64,000 bases of DNA, from NCBI RefSeq assembly GCF_009914755.1, contig NC_060937.1; one strand, given 5' to 3'. The translations under genes were made by a program, and so were the position numbers. The DNA comes from the human T2T-CHM13v2.0 reference genome, Homo sapiens. Position 1 is the stretch's first letter. Each line of letters starts with the position of its first letter. The notes under the pieces are model-generated. The model was not told where the DNA came from, made no database searches, and saw only the letters and a program-made list of their open reading frames with translations. Shown piece after piece: positions 13,226-33,913 of the stretch.

Positions 13226-14154
13226 TCAAATTCTTTTGGTTTGACTTTTGACCCTCCCCTAGGTGTCTGTTGAGATCTATACTAATTAAGAGTCCGGTGA
13301 CATGGAAGGTAGAATCAGGAAGGCAATAAGCTTTCTCCAGGAAGACAGGAAGAGCCACGTCAAGCCCCGGGAGTGGCAGCTGCAGTTCAGCCCTCCAGGG
13401 CTACCTGAGCAAGCCCTTGGCGAGCCACCCCACCCCCTAAGTACAAAAGCAGTCACACAGCTAAAGTGGGCTTCTTCTTAGGGAAAGATCCTGCTGCTGT
13501 GAAAAGTTAGATTTCCTTCATTTCACTAATCATGATTTCTTTATATTACTTTTTTCTAGTTACAAAACTCATGTTCTTTGCTAAAAGCTTAGAAAATATC
13601 TAAAAATATGAAGAAAATTAAAAATCACTCAAAATATCACCACCCAGGGACAACCCAGATATAACATAACCACTGTTAACATTTGGGTGTAGAACATAAC
13701 CCAGCCTGAATCACCCCGATGCTGCTCCCCCGGGGGTGTGCTGGTAAGCCAGCTCTGTGAAGGAAAAGTCCTGGTCTGGAATATTTGCTGAGTTCTGGGA
13801 AGCAAATACTCCCACCACAGCTAATGTCAAGGTGCTGACCTGAGGCCACTGGACATGGGGTTGGGAAGATGTGCCCTTCCTCCCACCACAGCTGCCCTCA
13901 GCCATACCCCCGTCTCCCCCAACAACTGCCCCATCTTAGCTACCCACTCAGAGCCAGTGTGGGGTCTCTCTGTCCCTCATCCCCACATACCCACGTTCTG
14001 TCAATTCTGCCTTCAAAGTGTCCTTCGTCTGTTGGCTACTTCCATTCACTCTGCCGCCATCTTTAATCCGATCATGTTATCCCATCTACAAAGTCCTTCC
14101 AGATTCTCCTCCACTCCTGCCCCATCCAACCCATCACAACCAGTGAGGTCTTAA

Positions 14155-15250
<1,096 letters not shown>

Positions 15251-15560
15251 AGCAAGAACTATATATTCCATATATTATCATATATTTGACAAAATTGGGA
15301 TCATACTATGTATAAAGTTTTGTAATCTACTTTTAAATTTTATATTTTACTGTATGTTTTACTACATATCCTTATTTTTTTTAAAGAATTTGATTTTTTT
15401 AATACCTGCATAATACTTCCAAGATAGGCTGTGCTATGACTCATTGAATCAGTTTCCTGATAATGGACATTTGGACTCTTTTGGGATTTCTTCTGCTATA
15501 ATGACTTTTTGTTTTGTTTCCAATTATGTAATCTAAAGGCTTTTCTTCTAATTCTTACAG

Positions 15561-15698
15561 TAAGAGCCCAGTGGATGTCTTGCAGATATTTAGAGTTGGC
15601 AGAGTGAATGAAACCACAGAGTTTTTGAGCAAACCTGGCAATGTGAGGCCCTTGTTGCATGGTTCTCCTGTATGAAACATCGTGGGAATCTTGTGTCG
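15561..15698 (+). pseudogene. PARP4 exon 11 equivalent (catalytic domain start), in-frame TGA at 15673-15675
   Basis: KSPVDVLQIFRVGRVNETTEFLSKPGNVRPLLHGSPV*NIVGILC; acag|...|gtaaga. Confidence 0.93.
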
Positions 15699-15881
15699 GT
15701 AAGAGTAGCCATCTTTATTTTTCAAAAATTTCAGCCTCACAAATGTGAAGTGTTTTACTTTTTTTTTCCTACTTTTTTCTATATTACATGGGTCTTTTCA
15801 GTTAAAATCAGCTAGCTTACTGCATTCTGGAGAAAATTACACAGTTTATAATTAAGTGTGTAATTTAAATTACATATTTAT

Positions 15882-16005
15882 GGCTGGGCAGGGTGGGTCA
15901 CACCTGTAATCCTAGCACTTTGGGAGGCTGAGGCAAAAGGATCACCTGAGGCCAGGGGTTCAAGACCAGCCTGGAAAACCTAGCAAGACCTCATCTGTAT
16001 TTTGA
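15882..16005 (+). mobile_element. FLAM_C-like monomer
   Basis: Left-arm Alu sequence only. Confidence 0.8.
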
Positions 16006-16883
16006 AAAATTATGTATCTATTATTTTTAAAATTTAGCAAATAGGTATGAATTGCTTCTTGAAGACTGTATCACATGAAGAAAAGTGATTCTATATTCAT
16101 GAGTCTTCCATGTGTATCTAATCTAGGGATAGCCCAATATTTAAAGAGAAGAGTCCAGAAATTAGAGTGCACACCAGACAACACGAGTTGTTTATTTGAA
16201 ACATAACTCTAAGATTCTGTTTGCTTTGAATTACTACTTAATATTAGGACTGAAACTGAAGTCACAGGAGCAGGAGAAAATACTATTAAATGTAGATCCA
16301 TTAATTAAGTACTTAGAAGAAAAGTAAAAAGAAACATACAAGATTCACCTGGGGGAAAAAAAAAAAAACCAATAAACTGCTACTGAGGGACCCAAAAGAC
16401 AACTTGCATGAATCAGAAGGATGCCAGTTTTTCCTGGATTAGTCTATAGATTTAGTGCAATCATGATAAAATTACCAATAAGATTTTTTTAAAGAAGTGA
16501 AAAGCTGATTCTACAACACATACTTTTTTTAATTTTGAAATTACCAGAATAATTCTGGAAAAGAAGCGTAATGAGGGTGACATTAATATTAAACAGCAAT
16601 TAACTCAAAAACACAGAAGATTTAGGATATGATACAAGCAGATCTTTGTGGAAGAAAGACAAGTTCTTCAATACTATCTATAGAGATAAACGGGTAACCG
16701 CAAGGAAAAAATATAAAGTTGGACCCTTACCTCATTTCTCATACTTAAACTCCAGATAGAGCAAATATTTAAATATTTAAATTCAAACCATAAAAGTATA
16801 CTAAATGAAAAATGGGAGAATCTTTTTAAAATAATCTTTAAGTAGGGATGAGCTTTCTAAGTAGGACCAAAACCCAAAAGCTA

Positions 16884-17374
<491 letters not shown>

Positions 17375-17416
17375 TCAGTGTTGGGCTTACACCTTATCCT
17401 GCCCTTCTCTTTTCAG

Positions 17417-17512
17417 AGGGTTGCTTTTACCCAAAGTAGTGGAAGATCGTGGTGTGCAAAGAACAGACGTCGGAAACCTTGGAAGTGGGATTTATTTCAG
17501 TGATTTGCTCAG
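17417..17512 (+). pseudogene. PARP4 exon 12 equivalent
   Basis: GLLLPKVVEDRGVQRTDVGNLGSGIYFSDLL; ttcag|...|gtatgt. Confidence 0.93.
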
Positions 17513-17691
17513 GTATGTTCGATCCTTAATCACAGAATCATTACTGAGTACTTGCTATGTGTTTTCTTCTGTCTTTCCTTGGTGAGGGAGTTTCTCAACC
17601 AAAACACAGATTTATCTATTATATATGACCTCAATATGCCTGGAATACTATTTCATATTCAACATCCTTGATAATATTTAAATCTGCCCTT

Positions 17692-17975
17692 GGGCCAGAC
17701 ATGGTGGCTTATGCCTGTAATCCCAGCTCTTTGGGATGCCAGGGCAGGAGGATCACTTGAGCCCAGGAGTTTAAGACCAGTCTAGGCAACATAGCAAGAC
17801 CCCATCTCTATAAAAAATTTTAAAAATTAGCTGTGCATGGTGGCGCTAATAGAACCCATAGTTCCAGCTACTAGGGAGGCTGAGGCAGGAGGATCACTTG
17901 AGTCCAGGAATTCAAGGCTGGAGTGAGCTATGATTATGCCACTGCAGTCCAGAGTGGGCAACACAGTGAGAAGAA
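17692..17975 (+). mobile_element. AluJ
   Basis: GGAGGATCACTTGAGCCCAGG-type arms. Confidence 0.85.
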
Positions 17976-18151
17976 CCCCATGTACATCATCTGCCAACCT
18001 CATAATTGGTATTGCGACATCATTTTATGCAAGGAAACAGACTCAGGGAGGTCAGGGAACTTGCCTGAGGTTGCAGAGCTAATTAAAGGATAGAGACTGA
18101 GTTCAGGCCCAGGACAAAGTATAATGATCCAAGATATTTAAAGAGTTCCTA

Positions 18152-18700
<549 letters not shown>

Positions 18701-18890
18701 GAGCACTGTAATAACAGAACACTGGAAATCATGCAGATGTCCATGGACAGTGGAATGGATCCGTACATTTTGGTGGAGTCCTACATGAAGTCCCATCCTG
18801 AAGTTTAAACAAGTGGACTGTGGCTACACATGTCAAATGGATGAGCCTTAGGACCTTAGTGGAGCAAAAGTTACTAGATGATTCTATATA

Positions 18891-21748
<2,858 letters not shown>

Positions 21749-21834
21749 TATGTGCAAGGCTCAAAAACAAGCAAAAGTATACATTACATTGTTGAGGGAC
21801 ATATATCTGTGCATTAATACTATGAAAGAAAATA

Positions 21835-22446
<612 letters not shown>

Positions 22447-23066
22447 AAAAGAGAAAACTGTTATAAAAAGGGGGACACAGTAAAACCTCTCCCACCTACC
22501 CAGGGTCTCCTCTGTGGCTCCTTATGGAATAAATTCCACATGGGAAAAAAGAGAAAATAACACACACAAAAATCAAGACAGTGATCAAATTACCTCTGGG
22601 TGGGAGAGAAGGTGAGCTGTGGGGCAGCATAGAAGTTTTAGGGATGTTCTAGTTCTTAAGCTAAGTGGTAGCTATGTGGATATTTATCTTATTATTCTGT
22701 AAATATGTATATCATAAATGTTTTTTCCTATGCACAATATATCAAAGTAAAAATTTTTAGATGTGAATTGAGCCAAATAGCAGTGGATTAAGGAGTAAAT
22801 GAGCCAGAAGAGACGGTCACTGGCCCCCTCTGCCAGAACGTGGTGAGATAGGAAGCAACAGAGAGAGCTCCAGGGAGAAGTCCAGGGTGGGGCTTAATGA
22901 AAAGGAAGGAAGCATGCTTGTAAGTTGCAGGAAAAGAGCCTTCCAAAGGGGAGAGCGTTATAGAAGGAATGGGGGGACTGATTTTTTTTTTTTTTTTTAG
23001 TTGGGGAAACAAAGAAGGGTCGTCTGGCCATACTTCTGCATTTTGAACTTAATCTTTAAAAAATAA

Positions 23067-23686
<620 letters not shown>

Positions 23687-23713
23687 AGAGATGCGTCTCT
23701 AAAATGTTGTCCC

Positions 23714-23806
23714 GTGTCCAAGTGTTCTCATTGTTCAATTCCCACCTATGTAACAAACCTGCACGTTGTGCACATGTACCCTAGAACTTAAAGTATAATA
23801 AAAAAA
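23714..23806 (+). mobile_element. ~93-bp inverted/truncated (twin-primed) L1PA 3' insertion
   Basis: Inverted L1 3'UTR piece 23714-23750, then forward TAACAAACCTGCACGTTGTGCACATGTACCCTAGAACTTAAAGTATAATAAAAAAA; TSD TAAAATGTTGTCCC at 23700-23713 and 23807-23820. Confidence 0.92.
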
Positions 23807-24252
23807 TAAAATGTTGTCCCCAAAGGTGTGTCCTAGCCTGTGCTCCTAATAGCAAGAGTTGCCTTATTAAAGCTGCTGATTCCCCAAGAAAGATAAAACA
23901 ACATTTCTCATTTGGATATCATTTGAAATGTTTGTTTTTCCACTCAGGAGGCTTTGTGAGAGCTTGTCTTTCCCTTTGACCGGTTCTTACTCACTTGGTA
24001 CCCACAGTTCTTACTCCTTTCCGAGCTTTAGTGCAGAGAATTAAATCTACTTTTTCCTAATTAATAAGGCGGTGATTTTTCCTTCTACTTACCACCCCGG
24101 TATTTATGACAGCAAAGTGTGTATATTTTAGTAGCTAAAAAAGATTTAGGAGAACAGTAGAATTCATTTCCGTCTGGAAACAAAGTGTTTTGAGCACTGC
24201 CTAGCACAACATAAGGGCAATATACATATTTGTCACGTAGAAATGCGAAATA

Positions 24253-24545
24253 GGCCAGGCATGGTTGCTCATGCCTGTAATCCTAGCACTTTGGGAGGCT
24301 GAGGAGGGAGGATCACTTGAGCCCGGGAGTTTGAGACCAGCCTGGGAAACATAGTGAGACCCCATCTTTGCAAAAAATTTTAAAAGTTAGCTAGGTGTGG
24401 TGCACACCTGTAGTCCCAGCTACTCAGGAGGCTGAGGCAGGAGGATCACTTAAGCCCAGGAGTTCGAGACTGCAATGAGCTATGATCGTGCCACTGCACT
24501 CTAGCCTGGGTAACAGAGCAAGATTCTGTCTTAAAAAAAGAAGAA
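24253..24545 (+). mobile_element. AluJ
   Basis: Full dimer. Confidence 0.88.
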
Positions 24546-24711
24546 GAAATATTAAATAAATAAGTGCATAATAAAGTTCTAAATTGAGTCTTTGGAGATA
24601 TTTCAATAATAGGAAAATTTAGAACAGTTTACCAGGAAAGTCTTTTCAATAGTATGTTATTGACAAGTCACTCTAAGCTATAAATATGTGTTTATTTCCT
24701 TTTGCATGTAG

Positions 24712-24895
24712 TACAAGTATCAAGTACTCACAACCGGGAGAGACAGATGGCACCAGACTCCTGCTCATTTGTGACGTAGCCCTCGGAAAGTGTATGGACT
24801 TACACGAGAAGAACTTTTCCTTGACTGAAGCACCACCAGGCTACGACAGTGTGCATGGAGTTTCACAAACAGCCTCTGTCACCACAGACTTAGAG
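24712..24895 (+). pseudogene. PARP4 exon 13 equivalent
   Basis: TSIKYSQPGETDGTRLLLICDVALGKCMDLHEKNFSLTEAPPGYDSVHGVSQTASVTTDLE; gtag|...|gtattt. Confidence 0.93.
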
Positions 24896-25126
24896 GTATT
24901 TTTATATCAAGGAACAAGCAAAGAGGGTCTTGAATGCTCAAAGAAGAGCCTCAGTTTTTTGCTCCTATTTTCATTAAATATGCTTAAGTTTAAATAATTG
25001 TTAAATATTTACTGCATGAATTCAACATTTTCTAAATTAGCAAACATGATTTTATGAAAACATCTGCCCATACAGGTTTTTTGTTGCTATTGTTGTTAAT
25101 CACCTACTGATTTCTATTTGCTCTAG

Positions 25127-25283
25127 AATGATGAATTTGTTGTCTATAAAACCAATCAGGTTAAAATGAAATATATTATTAAATTTCCCATGCCTGGAGA
25201 TCAAATAAAGGACTTTCATCCTAGTGATCATACTGAATTAGAGGAATACAGACCTGAGTTTTCAAATTTTTCAAAGGATGAAG
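25127..25283 (+). pseudogene. PARP4 exon 14 equivalent (catalytic Glu)
   Basis: NDEFVVYKTNQVKMKYIIKFPMPGDQIKDFHPSDHTELEEYRPEFSNFSKDE; ctag|...|gtagga. Confidence 0.93.
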
Positions 25284-25499
25284 GTAGGACAATTTTCTTG
25301 AATGCGGTTTTATGTTATTATATTTATAGACCTCAAATGTTATATTTTCAATGGAGTGTATATTTGCATTTATTTTATCTATGACCTCATTCATAAGTAT
25401 TTCATTTCTTTTCAATCTCAGAATTGTTTCCCACAAATTTCTCTCAATGTTAACATCAGTCAAACCCCTCTGCCTAATATCAAAATAGAGCACTTAATT

Positions 25500-26183
<684 letters not shown>

Positions 26184-27037
26184 TAAGCGATCTCAAAATT
26201 CCATGTGACTTCATTAACACACTGAAGTTGAGCTTATTCCCTTCAGGAATAGCCAAGGCTAAAAACCTGTGGAACCTTGCTAAGATGTCATGGTGCAGAA
26301 AGTGTAATGGGATGGAGAGAACCGACAGCAGAGCCGCTGTAGAGCCAGGAAGCCCAGGGTTTGAGTGTTGCCCTGCCACCCTGGAGTCTTGAAACTGCAT
26401 ACCTTTTGCGCTCCACCTTCTCTCCGATGGGAATGAGAGAAATTGAAGGCACTGAGTAAATTGCCATGTGTGGTGCGTGTGTTAGCCGTAGTAATGCGAG
26501 CATACAACAGGATATTCACTTCTCAGAGTATCATGAGCCCAAACAATTACAGTATTAATTAGTAGAACTGTAAGAACACATTAACATTTTTGACCGTGCT
26601 CAAATTATTTTTTGTCAGAAATGCATGAGGTCATGTGTGTTCAGAGGTGACTCCAATTTTTTCTCTGGGTGTCATTAAGTGAAATATCTGGCAAGATGAT
26701 ATGTATTTATATTTCCTAACCTTATCTGTATTCTGTATGTTTGTACCACTTAGAATAGGATGTGAACATTTTTCAGTATGCTGCCATAGGAGCCTTGGAT
26801 TGAAAATCTACGTTGTTTGATGCCATCCCAAAATGCTTGGGTGGCACCATAAATAATAGTGACCGAGCCCTTCCACACTACAAGCCAGGGAATGCAGACA
26901 CCTGGATTCAGGCTTCAGCCACCCTTGAGACAGTCTGAAGACTTCTGTGTATTTGTGTGTATATTTAAATATATGTCAAGTAATGCTATGTTTTCAAGAG
27001 GACACCCCACAGTCTGTACATTAAAAAAGCAGAAGAG

Positions 27038-27498
<461 letters not shown>

Positions 27499-27686
27499 GG
27501 CATCTCCCATTTTTCTCATGTGGGTTCACTTGCTTTTCAAAATTGGCTATTGAAAATCATAAAATGCTGTTTATCCATTTTCCCTAAAATAAAATGCATG
27601 AAGGCATGGAGAAGGAATAAAGATCAAGATAACAAAAATAGACAGGGATGGTTTTGAAAGCTAATGGTAACATTTTTAACATTTAG

Positions 27687-27809
27687 ATTACCAGTTACCA
27701 GATGCCAAAACTTCCAGCAGCACCAAGGCCAGCCTCCAGGATGCCTCTGGGAACTTGGTTCCTCTGGAGGATGTCCACATCGAGGAGAATCATAGACACT
27801 GTAGCCCAG
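27687..27809 (+). pseudogene. PARP4 exon 15 equivalent (VIT start), 2-nt deletion near 3' end
   Basis: YQLPDAKTSSSTKASLQDASGNLVPLEDVHI, shift, RIIDTVAQ; 123 nt where flanking phases require 125. Confidence 0.9.
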
Positions 27810-27914
27810 GTATGTTGTCTGTGGCTTTATGACACTTAAACTACATGGATGTAAACCATACATGAGAATTTGATTGCAGTTGCCTGAACTGAAGGGAATA
27901 GATAGATTTCTAAA

Positions 27915-29700
27915 ATGTATTTATTCAAGAGATATTCACTGAGCACTCCATGCCAGGGACTAGCTAGGCTCTGGGCATCCAGCAGTGCACAACACAAAAG
28001 CTCTGCCCTTGTGGAGCACACACTGTGTGGGGGAATAGGCAATAAACATGATGAAAGAGTGAAACACATAACATGTTAGATGGTGACAGGTGCTAAAGAG
28101 AAAAATGAAAGCAGGAGGGGATAGAAGCTGTGAAAGACGGGGGCTTTGAACCTGTAAACAGAATGGCCACGGAGGCCTCCCTGAGAAGGTGACATCTGCA
28201 TACAGACCTGAAGGAAGTGGGGGCTAAACTGTGTGGACATCGGGGGATGCTTATTCCAGGCAGCGGGAACATCACATGCCAAGGCTCAGAGGTAGAAAGG
28301 AGGCTGATCTGGCCCAGGCGCGCCAAGGAGATGCACTGTGGCTGCAGTGGGGTGGAAAGGGGAGAGTGCATGGGGACTGAGTCAGAGAGGTGAGGGGCTC
28401 TCACATCAGCACACAGGTCATGCTGTCCTTGACTCTGAGTGAAATGGAAGCTTCTAGATGTTTGGCAGAGGAATGACATGAACAGACCTGTTTTAACCGG
28501 CTCACTCTGGCCACCATGTTGGGAACAGTAGGAAGAGGCCCAGTGGGAGAAATGTTAGGTCAAGTTCCCTGGAAAGCAGACTCTGGATGGAATTTGTTTT
28601 CAGGAAGCCTGTGGGACTGTGCCTGCGGGAGCCGCACCTGTGAGGGAGTGAGGGAGGCAGGACGTGGCCGAGGAGACAACAGAGTCCTCAGATGATCTTA
28701 GGGGAAGCTCTGGGCCAGAGTGGTCCTTGAGAGAAGGTCTGAATCAAGGCAAGGGGGCCGGGCTTTGTAGCCCCACTGGGGCCAGTCCTGGGATGTGGGC
28801 TGCTCCAGGGAGGGGTCAGAACCTTGGCTAAGGCAGTTTGTCTTTGGCTGAGGATGGTTCCTGGGGAGGCGCCCCACAGGTGACACTCCTAGCAGTCTCA
28901 GTACTGAAGGGGACACAGCAGGCCCAACGTCACATCACATAGAGGAGACGATTGACAATTCAGTTAAGGGACCTGGTGATGTGGAGAAGAATGTTTGCAG
29001 TGGGGGTATAGGAAGTGATGGAGTCTGCCAAGGCCTGAGGGCAGAGCCAATCAGATTTGCTGGTGGGGACGGGACAGGATGACAGCAGGATGTTTGCCCT
29101 GAATAACTAGAGGATCATGTTTGCATTTACTAGAATGGGCAAAGTCACAGGAGGGCAGGTTGGGGGCCATCAGGAGTTTATCTTTGGCCACGTAGGTCTT
29201 GCGGCTACATAGGGCCAGGGAGGAGACCCAAGCCGGACTTATAAGTGGGGAGTCAGCAGCATTCAGATAGTGTTTAAAGTCATGAGCCCAGATTAAACAC
29301 CCAGAGAATCAATAGAGCACAGAGGCCAACATGGAGACGTAGGGGAGGAGGCTGAGTCAGCCACGGAGACCAAGAGGGAGCGGCTGTAGAAACACACGAG
29401 GACAGCTGAACAGGGAGGGCAGGAAAGGCTGCTGGTGGTCTCATGAATAATGACCAGCCCTAACCATTGGATTTAGCAATGAGATTGTTGGTGACCTTTG
29501 CCTTTTGATGGTGTTGTGGGGGTGAAAGGCTGATCAGAGTGAGTTCAAGAGAGAATGGGAGGAAGAATGGGGAGACAGAGGAGAGGATGAGACAGCAGCT
29601 GAAGAGAAGTGGGGTTGTGTTTTCTTTCTCCTTTTAAGATGCAAGAAACAACAGCATATGTGGGAGTCAGCGCAGGAGGGAAAACTGGCGACCTGGGAGA
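27915..29700 (-). mobile_element. L2 fragments with a probable MLT1-type LTR insert (~28552-28915)
   Basis: L2 3'-end reverse motif (TTTATTCAAGAGATATTCACTGAGCAC...TGCCAGG), purine-rich L2-like body; TGTTAGGTCAAGTTCCCTGGAAAGCAGACTCTG LTR start. Confidence 0.65.
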
Positions 29701-30015
29701 GGGGAATTGCTGGAGCTACTTCCTTCTCTACACCCTTCTCTATGTTTTATTGCATAAATAGGAAATATTGTTGAAAAGACTTTCCGGGTAAACTGTTCTG
29801 AATTTTACTTTTATCAAAAAGACTCAATTTAGAACTTTCTTATGCCCTTATTTATTTAACATTTCTATGTAACAAACATGTATATTGCCCTTATGTTGTG
29901 CCAGGCAGTGCTCAAAGCACTTTCTTCCCAGAGAGAGATGAATTCTACTGTTCTCCCAAATCTTTGTTAGCTTCTAAAATATACACATTTTGCTGTCATA
30001 AATACCAGGGTGGTG

Positions 30016-30325
30016 GCTGGGTACGGTGGTTCATGCCTGTAATCCCAGGACTTTGGAGGGGAGGCCAAGGCAGGAGGATTGCTTGAGCTCAGGAGTTCCA
30101 GACCAGCCTGGGGAACATGGAGAAACCCCATCTCTACAAAAATTGGCTGAGCGCAGTGGCGTGCACCTGTAGTCCCATCTACTTGGGAGGTTGAGATGGG
30201 AGGATGGCTTGCCATTACTAGAATGGGCAAAGTCACAGGAGGGCAGGTTGGAGGAGGCAGAGGTTGCAATGAGCCAAGACCGCACCACTGCACTCCAACC
30301 TGGGTGATAGAGCGAGACCCTGTCT

Positions 30326-30373
<48 letters not shown>
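30016..30373 (+). mobile_element. AluJ with 37-bp foreign insert and A47 tail
   Basis: Alu dimer; non-Alu sequence 30215-30251; pure A run 30327-30373. Confidence 0.9.
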
Positions 30374-30376
<3 letters not shown>

Positions 30377-33158
30377 AGGGTGTTGAAAGAGAAGGAGAAA
30401 ACCCCACCTTATTAAATTATCTGCACTGAAGCTCAGAAAGAGCATTAAATACCAAGTGAGTAAGAACTGGTCAAAGCGAAAGACAAGCATCACAGGAGGG
30501 TTATCTAATGCGGGTGCTGGGGCCGCAGCCAGGAGCTCGCAGCAGGTTCATCATCCACAGTCACAGGATGGAAGGCAGTGTTTCAGGGGTGCCAAGTGGC
30601 CAGATGCAGTGGTAAGAGCTTGGAAAGTTAAGTTTTTGGTTTTCTAAAATTGAATTGGTTTGCTAAGATTTGGCCTCATGATCAGCTTCTGACTCTGAAG
30701 ATTGCATTGAACAACCATAAAGGCCTTTTAGGAGATTAAGAATGTTCAAGTACAGTGCCATGATGTTCTGATCCCTGTAGAGGGAAATTAGCTCCATTTC
30801 AGTGATCACCTTAATCTGGGGATATGCGGTGTTGGGTGAGAAGAGCAGTTTGGATATAGCTGACCTCCACCCCTGGGCCCACTCTGACCCATACGCACAT
30901 CTTCAAGGCAGCTCAGAGCAACAGCATACACTTTGAAAGACCCAGCTGTGGGCTCATGGGACATGTTCCATTTCCGCCAATCCCTTTGGCACCACTTAGG
31001 ATCTGTAAACATAATGGTTACCATTTCCTAAGAGTCAGGCCCTCAGCCGAGTTTTCCACATGCAGTACTTAATTCTCTCAGACTCAGATCATTCTGATTC
31101 CAGCGTCCAGATTCTTAACCAGTACACCATAGTGCAGCATGGTAGATCATACAAAGCAAAGGATCCGGAGTTTGTAAGGCTTAGCTTTGAATTCTTGCTT
31201 ATTCTTTCTAGTGCTGTGAGTTTGGGAAAGTTACTTAACTCCTTTGCCTCGTTTTCCTCATGTGTAAAATGGAAATAATAATATCTGCCCATCAGTGTTG
31301 TGGCTATTCGATCTAATAAATATAAAGAACTTAGGGATTGTCCTTACGTGCAAAACAAATTATGACGAGGTTACAGGGAGAGGCGTGTGTCCTCCATGCC
31401 TTACTTGGTATTAGACGACTTGTACCGTTTGATATTTCAAACCCAAAGAGGCCTGTTCCCTGGGGAAGTTTGCCCCAAAATAACTTTCGATTTAGCAGTG
31501 AATTTCTCACTCATTTTATGATGAAACAGCCGGACTGTAGACCGAGCTTGAGTATCCAAGCAGAGGCTGGGGTGTAGATTCTTATATGTGCATGGCTGAT
31601 ACATTTTGACCCTTCTTGGAAGAGATTAATGATGTTAAGCTTAGTTACATCATGGTTTTATCTAATGGAAGAAAATTAAGATGTCAAAATTTGTTACATT
31701 ATATTAGTTTCTGTTCTAAGGCCTGGTAAAAATACTTTTATTATAGTCTAAAATTATTGACCTTTGTGAGTGCCCAGCCACACAGTGTGATATGCAAAGA
31801 GAGTGCAGCTGACACAGGCCTGATGTCTGGCCTCCTGGGGACTCCTGTGCAAAGGCAGGCCTGCTAAATAGAACAGGCAGGAAGGCTACTGAGTAGGAAG
31901 AAACATTAGTCTATACCAAGTACAATTAGATAGTGGTCCTGATCATCAAACTCAGGGCAAGCATACATGCCTTTAAGGGTTTCGTAAAACTGAGGAAATC
32001 CAAGAGAGGATGAGAAGGAGTTCCGTGCACAGTCAAGGGGACAGTGTCTGACGTCCTCCCAGTCAGTACTAGGTGGGCCCCAGTCCTGGTGTCTCCCAGC
32101 CAGGCACACTCTAACCATTCATTGCAGGCAGCGTAGCCCAGATTGCTGAGAAACTCCAGGACGCACCTTTGCCTCATCTTGGGTGGCTGGCCAGACCGGG
32201 ATTCCAGGAATCCTACCCACTGGCTAGCGAGGTATTCATTTGCAGGATGCCAAGAGATTCTGTCTCCAGGACGGTGCTGACCTGCTGATTTGGGGAGACT
32301 CAAATTGCTTATATTAACAAGGACTCCATGAAAAATTTTCCCTGGCACCCTACACACCCTAGGGGCAGCCAAGCTTGCAGCAAATCCAGGTGTAGACAAT
32401 GTTTTCAAATAAGTTAGATTTTTTTTTTTTTATTTTTCATTTTGGTCTCTTCCCCGGATTATTGATTACAGATCATTAAATATTTTTGCCTTATTATTGT
32501 CACATGTTAGAATCTTACTGTTTATTATATGTCTGGGGGGTTTTTTCTTAATTTTCAAACATTTAAAGCCTCCCGCCTTTTCCTGAGTAAGGGAGTGATG
32601 AAAACAGTCTGTTGGAAAGATTAATTAGATAATAGAGACAACAGAGAGTAGTGGAGAAGACTTGATTCTGGAAGAACCAACGCACACAGAGATGAGGAGC
32701 TAGATGAGGGCTGGGTAGAGAGAGGGGAAAAGCCACAGAGAGGTCCCCAGGAGGAAAGGCCAAGTCCTGAGAGCCGATAGGATAGAAGGACTATTCTGGA
32801 ATCGTTTCCAGCCAACATGGCACGAAGGAGGCATCAAAGCCCACAACATGAAAGGGGCGATTTTCCAGCCGTCTTAACAACAGCTATATTGCCTCTGCTA
32901 AGTCAGTGTTGGTAAGACTTCAGGTGGCTTCTATTCCAGTTGGACATGAATGAACCACCTAACCGTGGGACTGGGGCATTTTATCACATGACACTAGCTC
33001 TCCATTGCAAAAGTGAAACCAGGGTTGGGAATTTGAGGGGCATGATACAAATTCAAGGAAATTCAAATAAATATGCAAAATCATTTTCGTTCGTCCTTGT
33101 TCCTGCAAATGTAATCCATGTGGTCTCATCAATTGTATGGATTTTTTCTCTTCTTCAG

Positions 33159-33290
33159 GTCATTGTATTTCAGACATACACAAATAAAAGTCATGTGCCC
33201 ATTGAGGCAAAATATATCTTTCCTTTGGATGACAAGGCCGCTGTGTGTGGCTTCGAAGCCTTCATCAGTGGGAAGCACATAGTTGGAGAG
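33159..33290 (+). pseudogene. PARP4 exon 16 equivalent (VIT)
   Basis: VIVFQTYTNKSHVPIEAKYIFPLDDKAAVCGFEAFISGKHIVGE; ttcag|...|gtaagg. Confidence 0.93.
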
Positions 33291-33570
33291 GTAAGGCGAG
33301 AAGATGCATCGTGCCCGCTCTCGGCTTTCAAAGTCAGCTTCCATTTCCCAGAACCTTTGTTTTCGGAGTCCCCATGGCTATAAGGTTGAGTAGCAGCCTT
33401 ATCATAAAACGAGAATATTCTTTGAAGAACCAGTTCTTGCACAGTGAGCCTTCCTCAAATATCCCTCCCTGATGAAGGGTTTCTATCCCTATCTATCCAG
33501 TCTTCATGATCAGTGTCTTGCACATTCTTTCCCTTGGCACTGTAAGAGTGATTTCAGTATGAAAAGTTTA

Positions 33571-33913
<343 letters not shown>

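Noticed and set aside
31850-32900. Possible decayed ERV internal sequence (also ~35200-37000)
   Set aside because: Texture is suggestive, but I could not identify a PBS, LTR pair or convincing gag/pol motif by eye; needs a Dfam search
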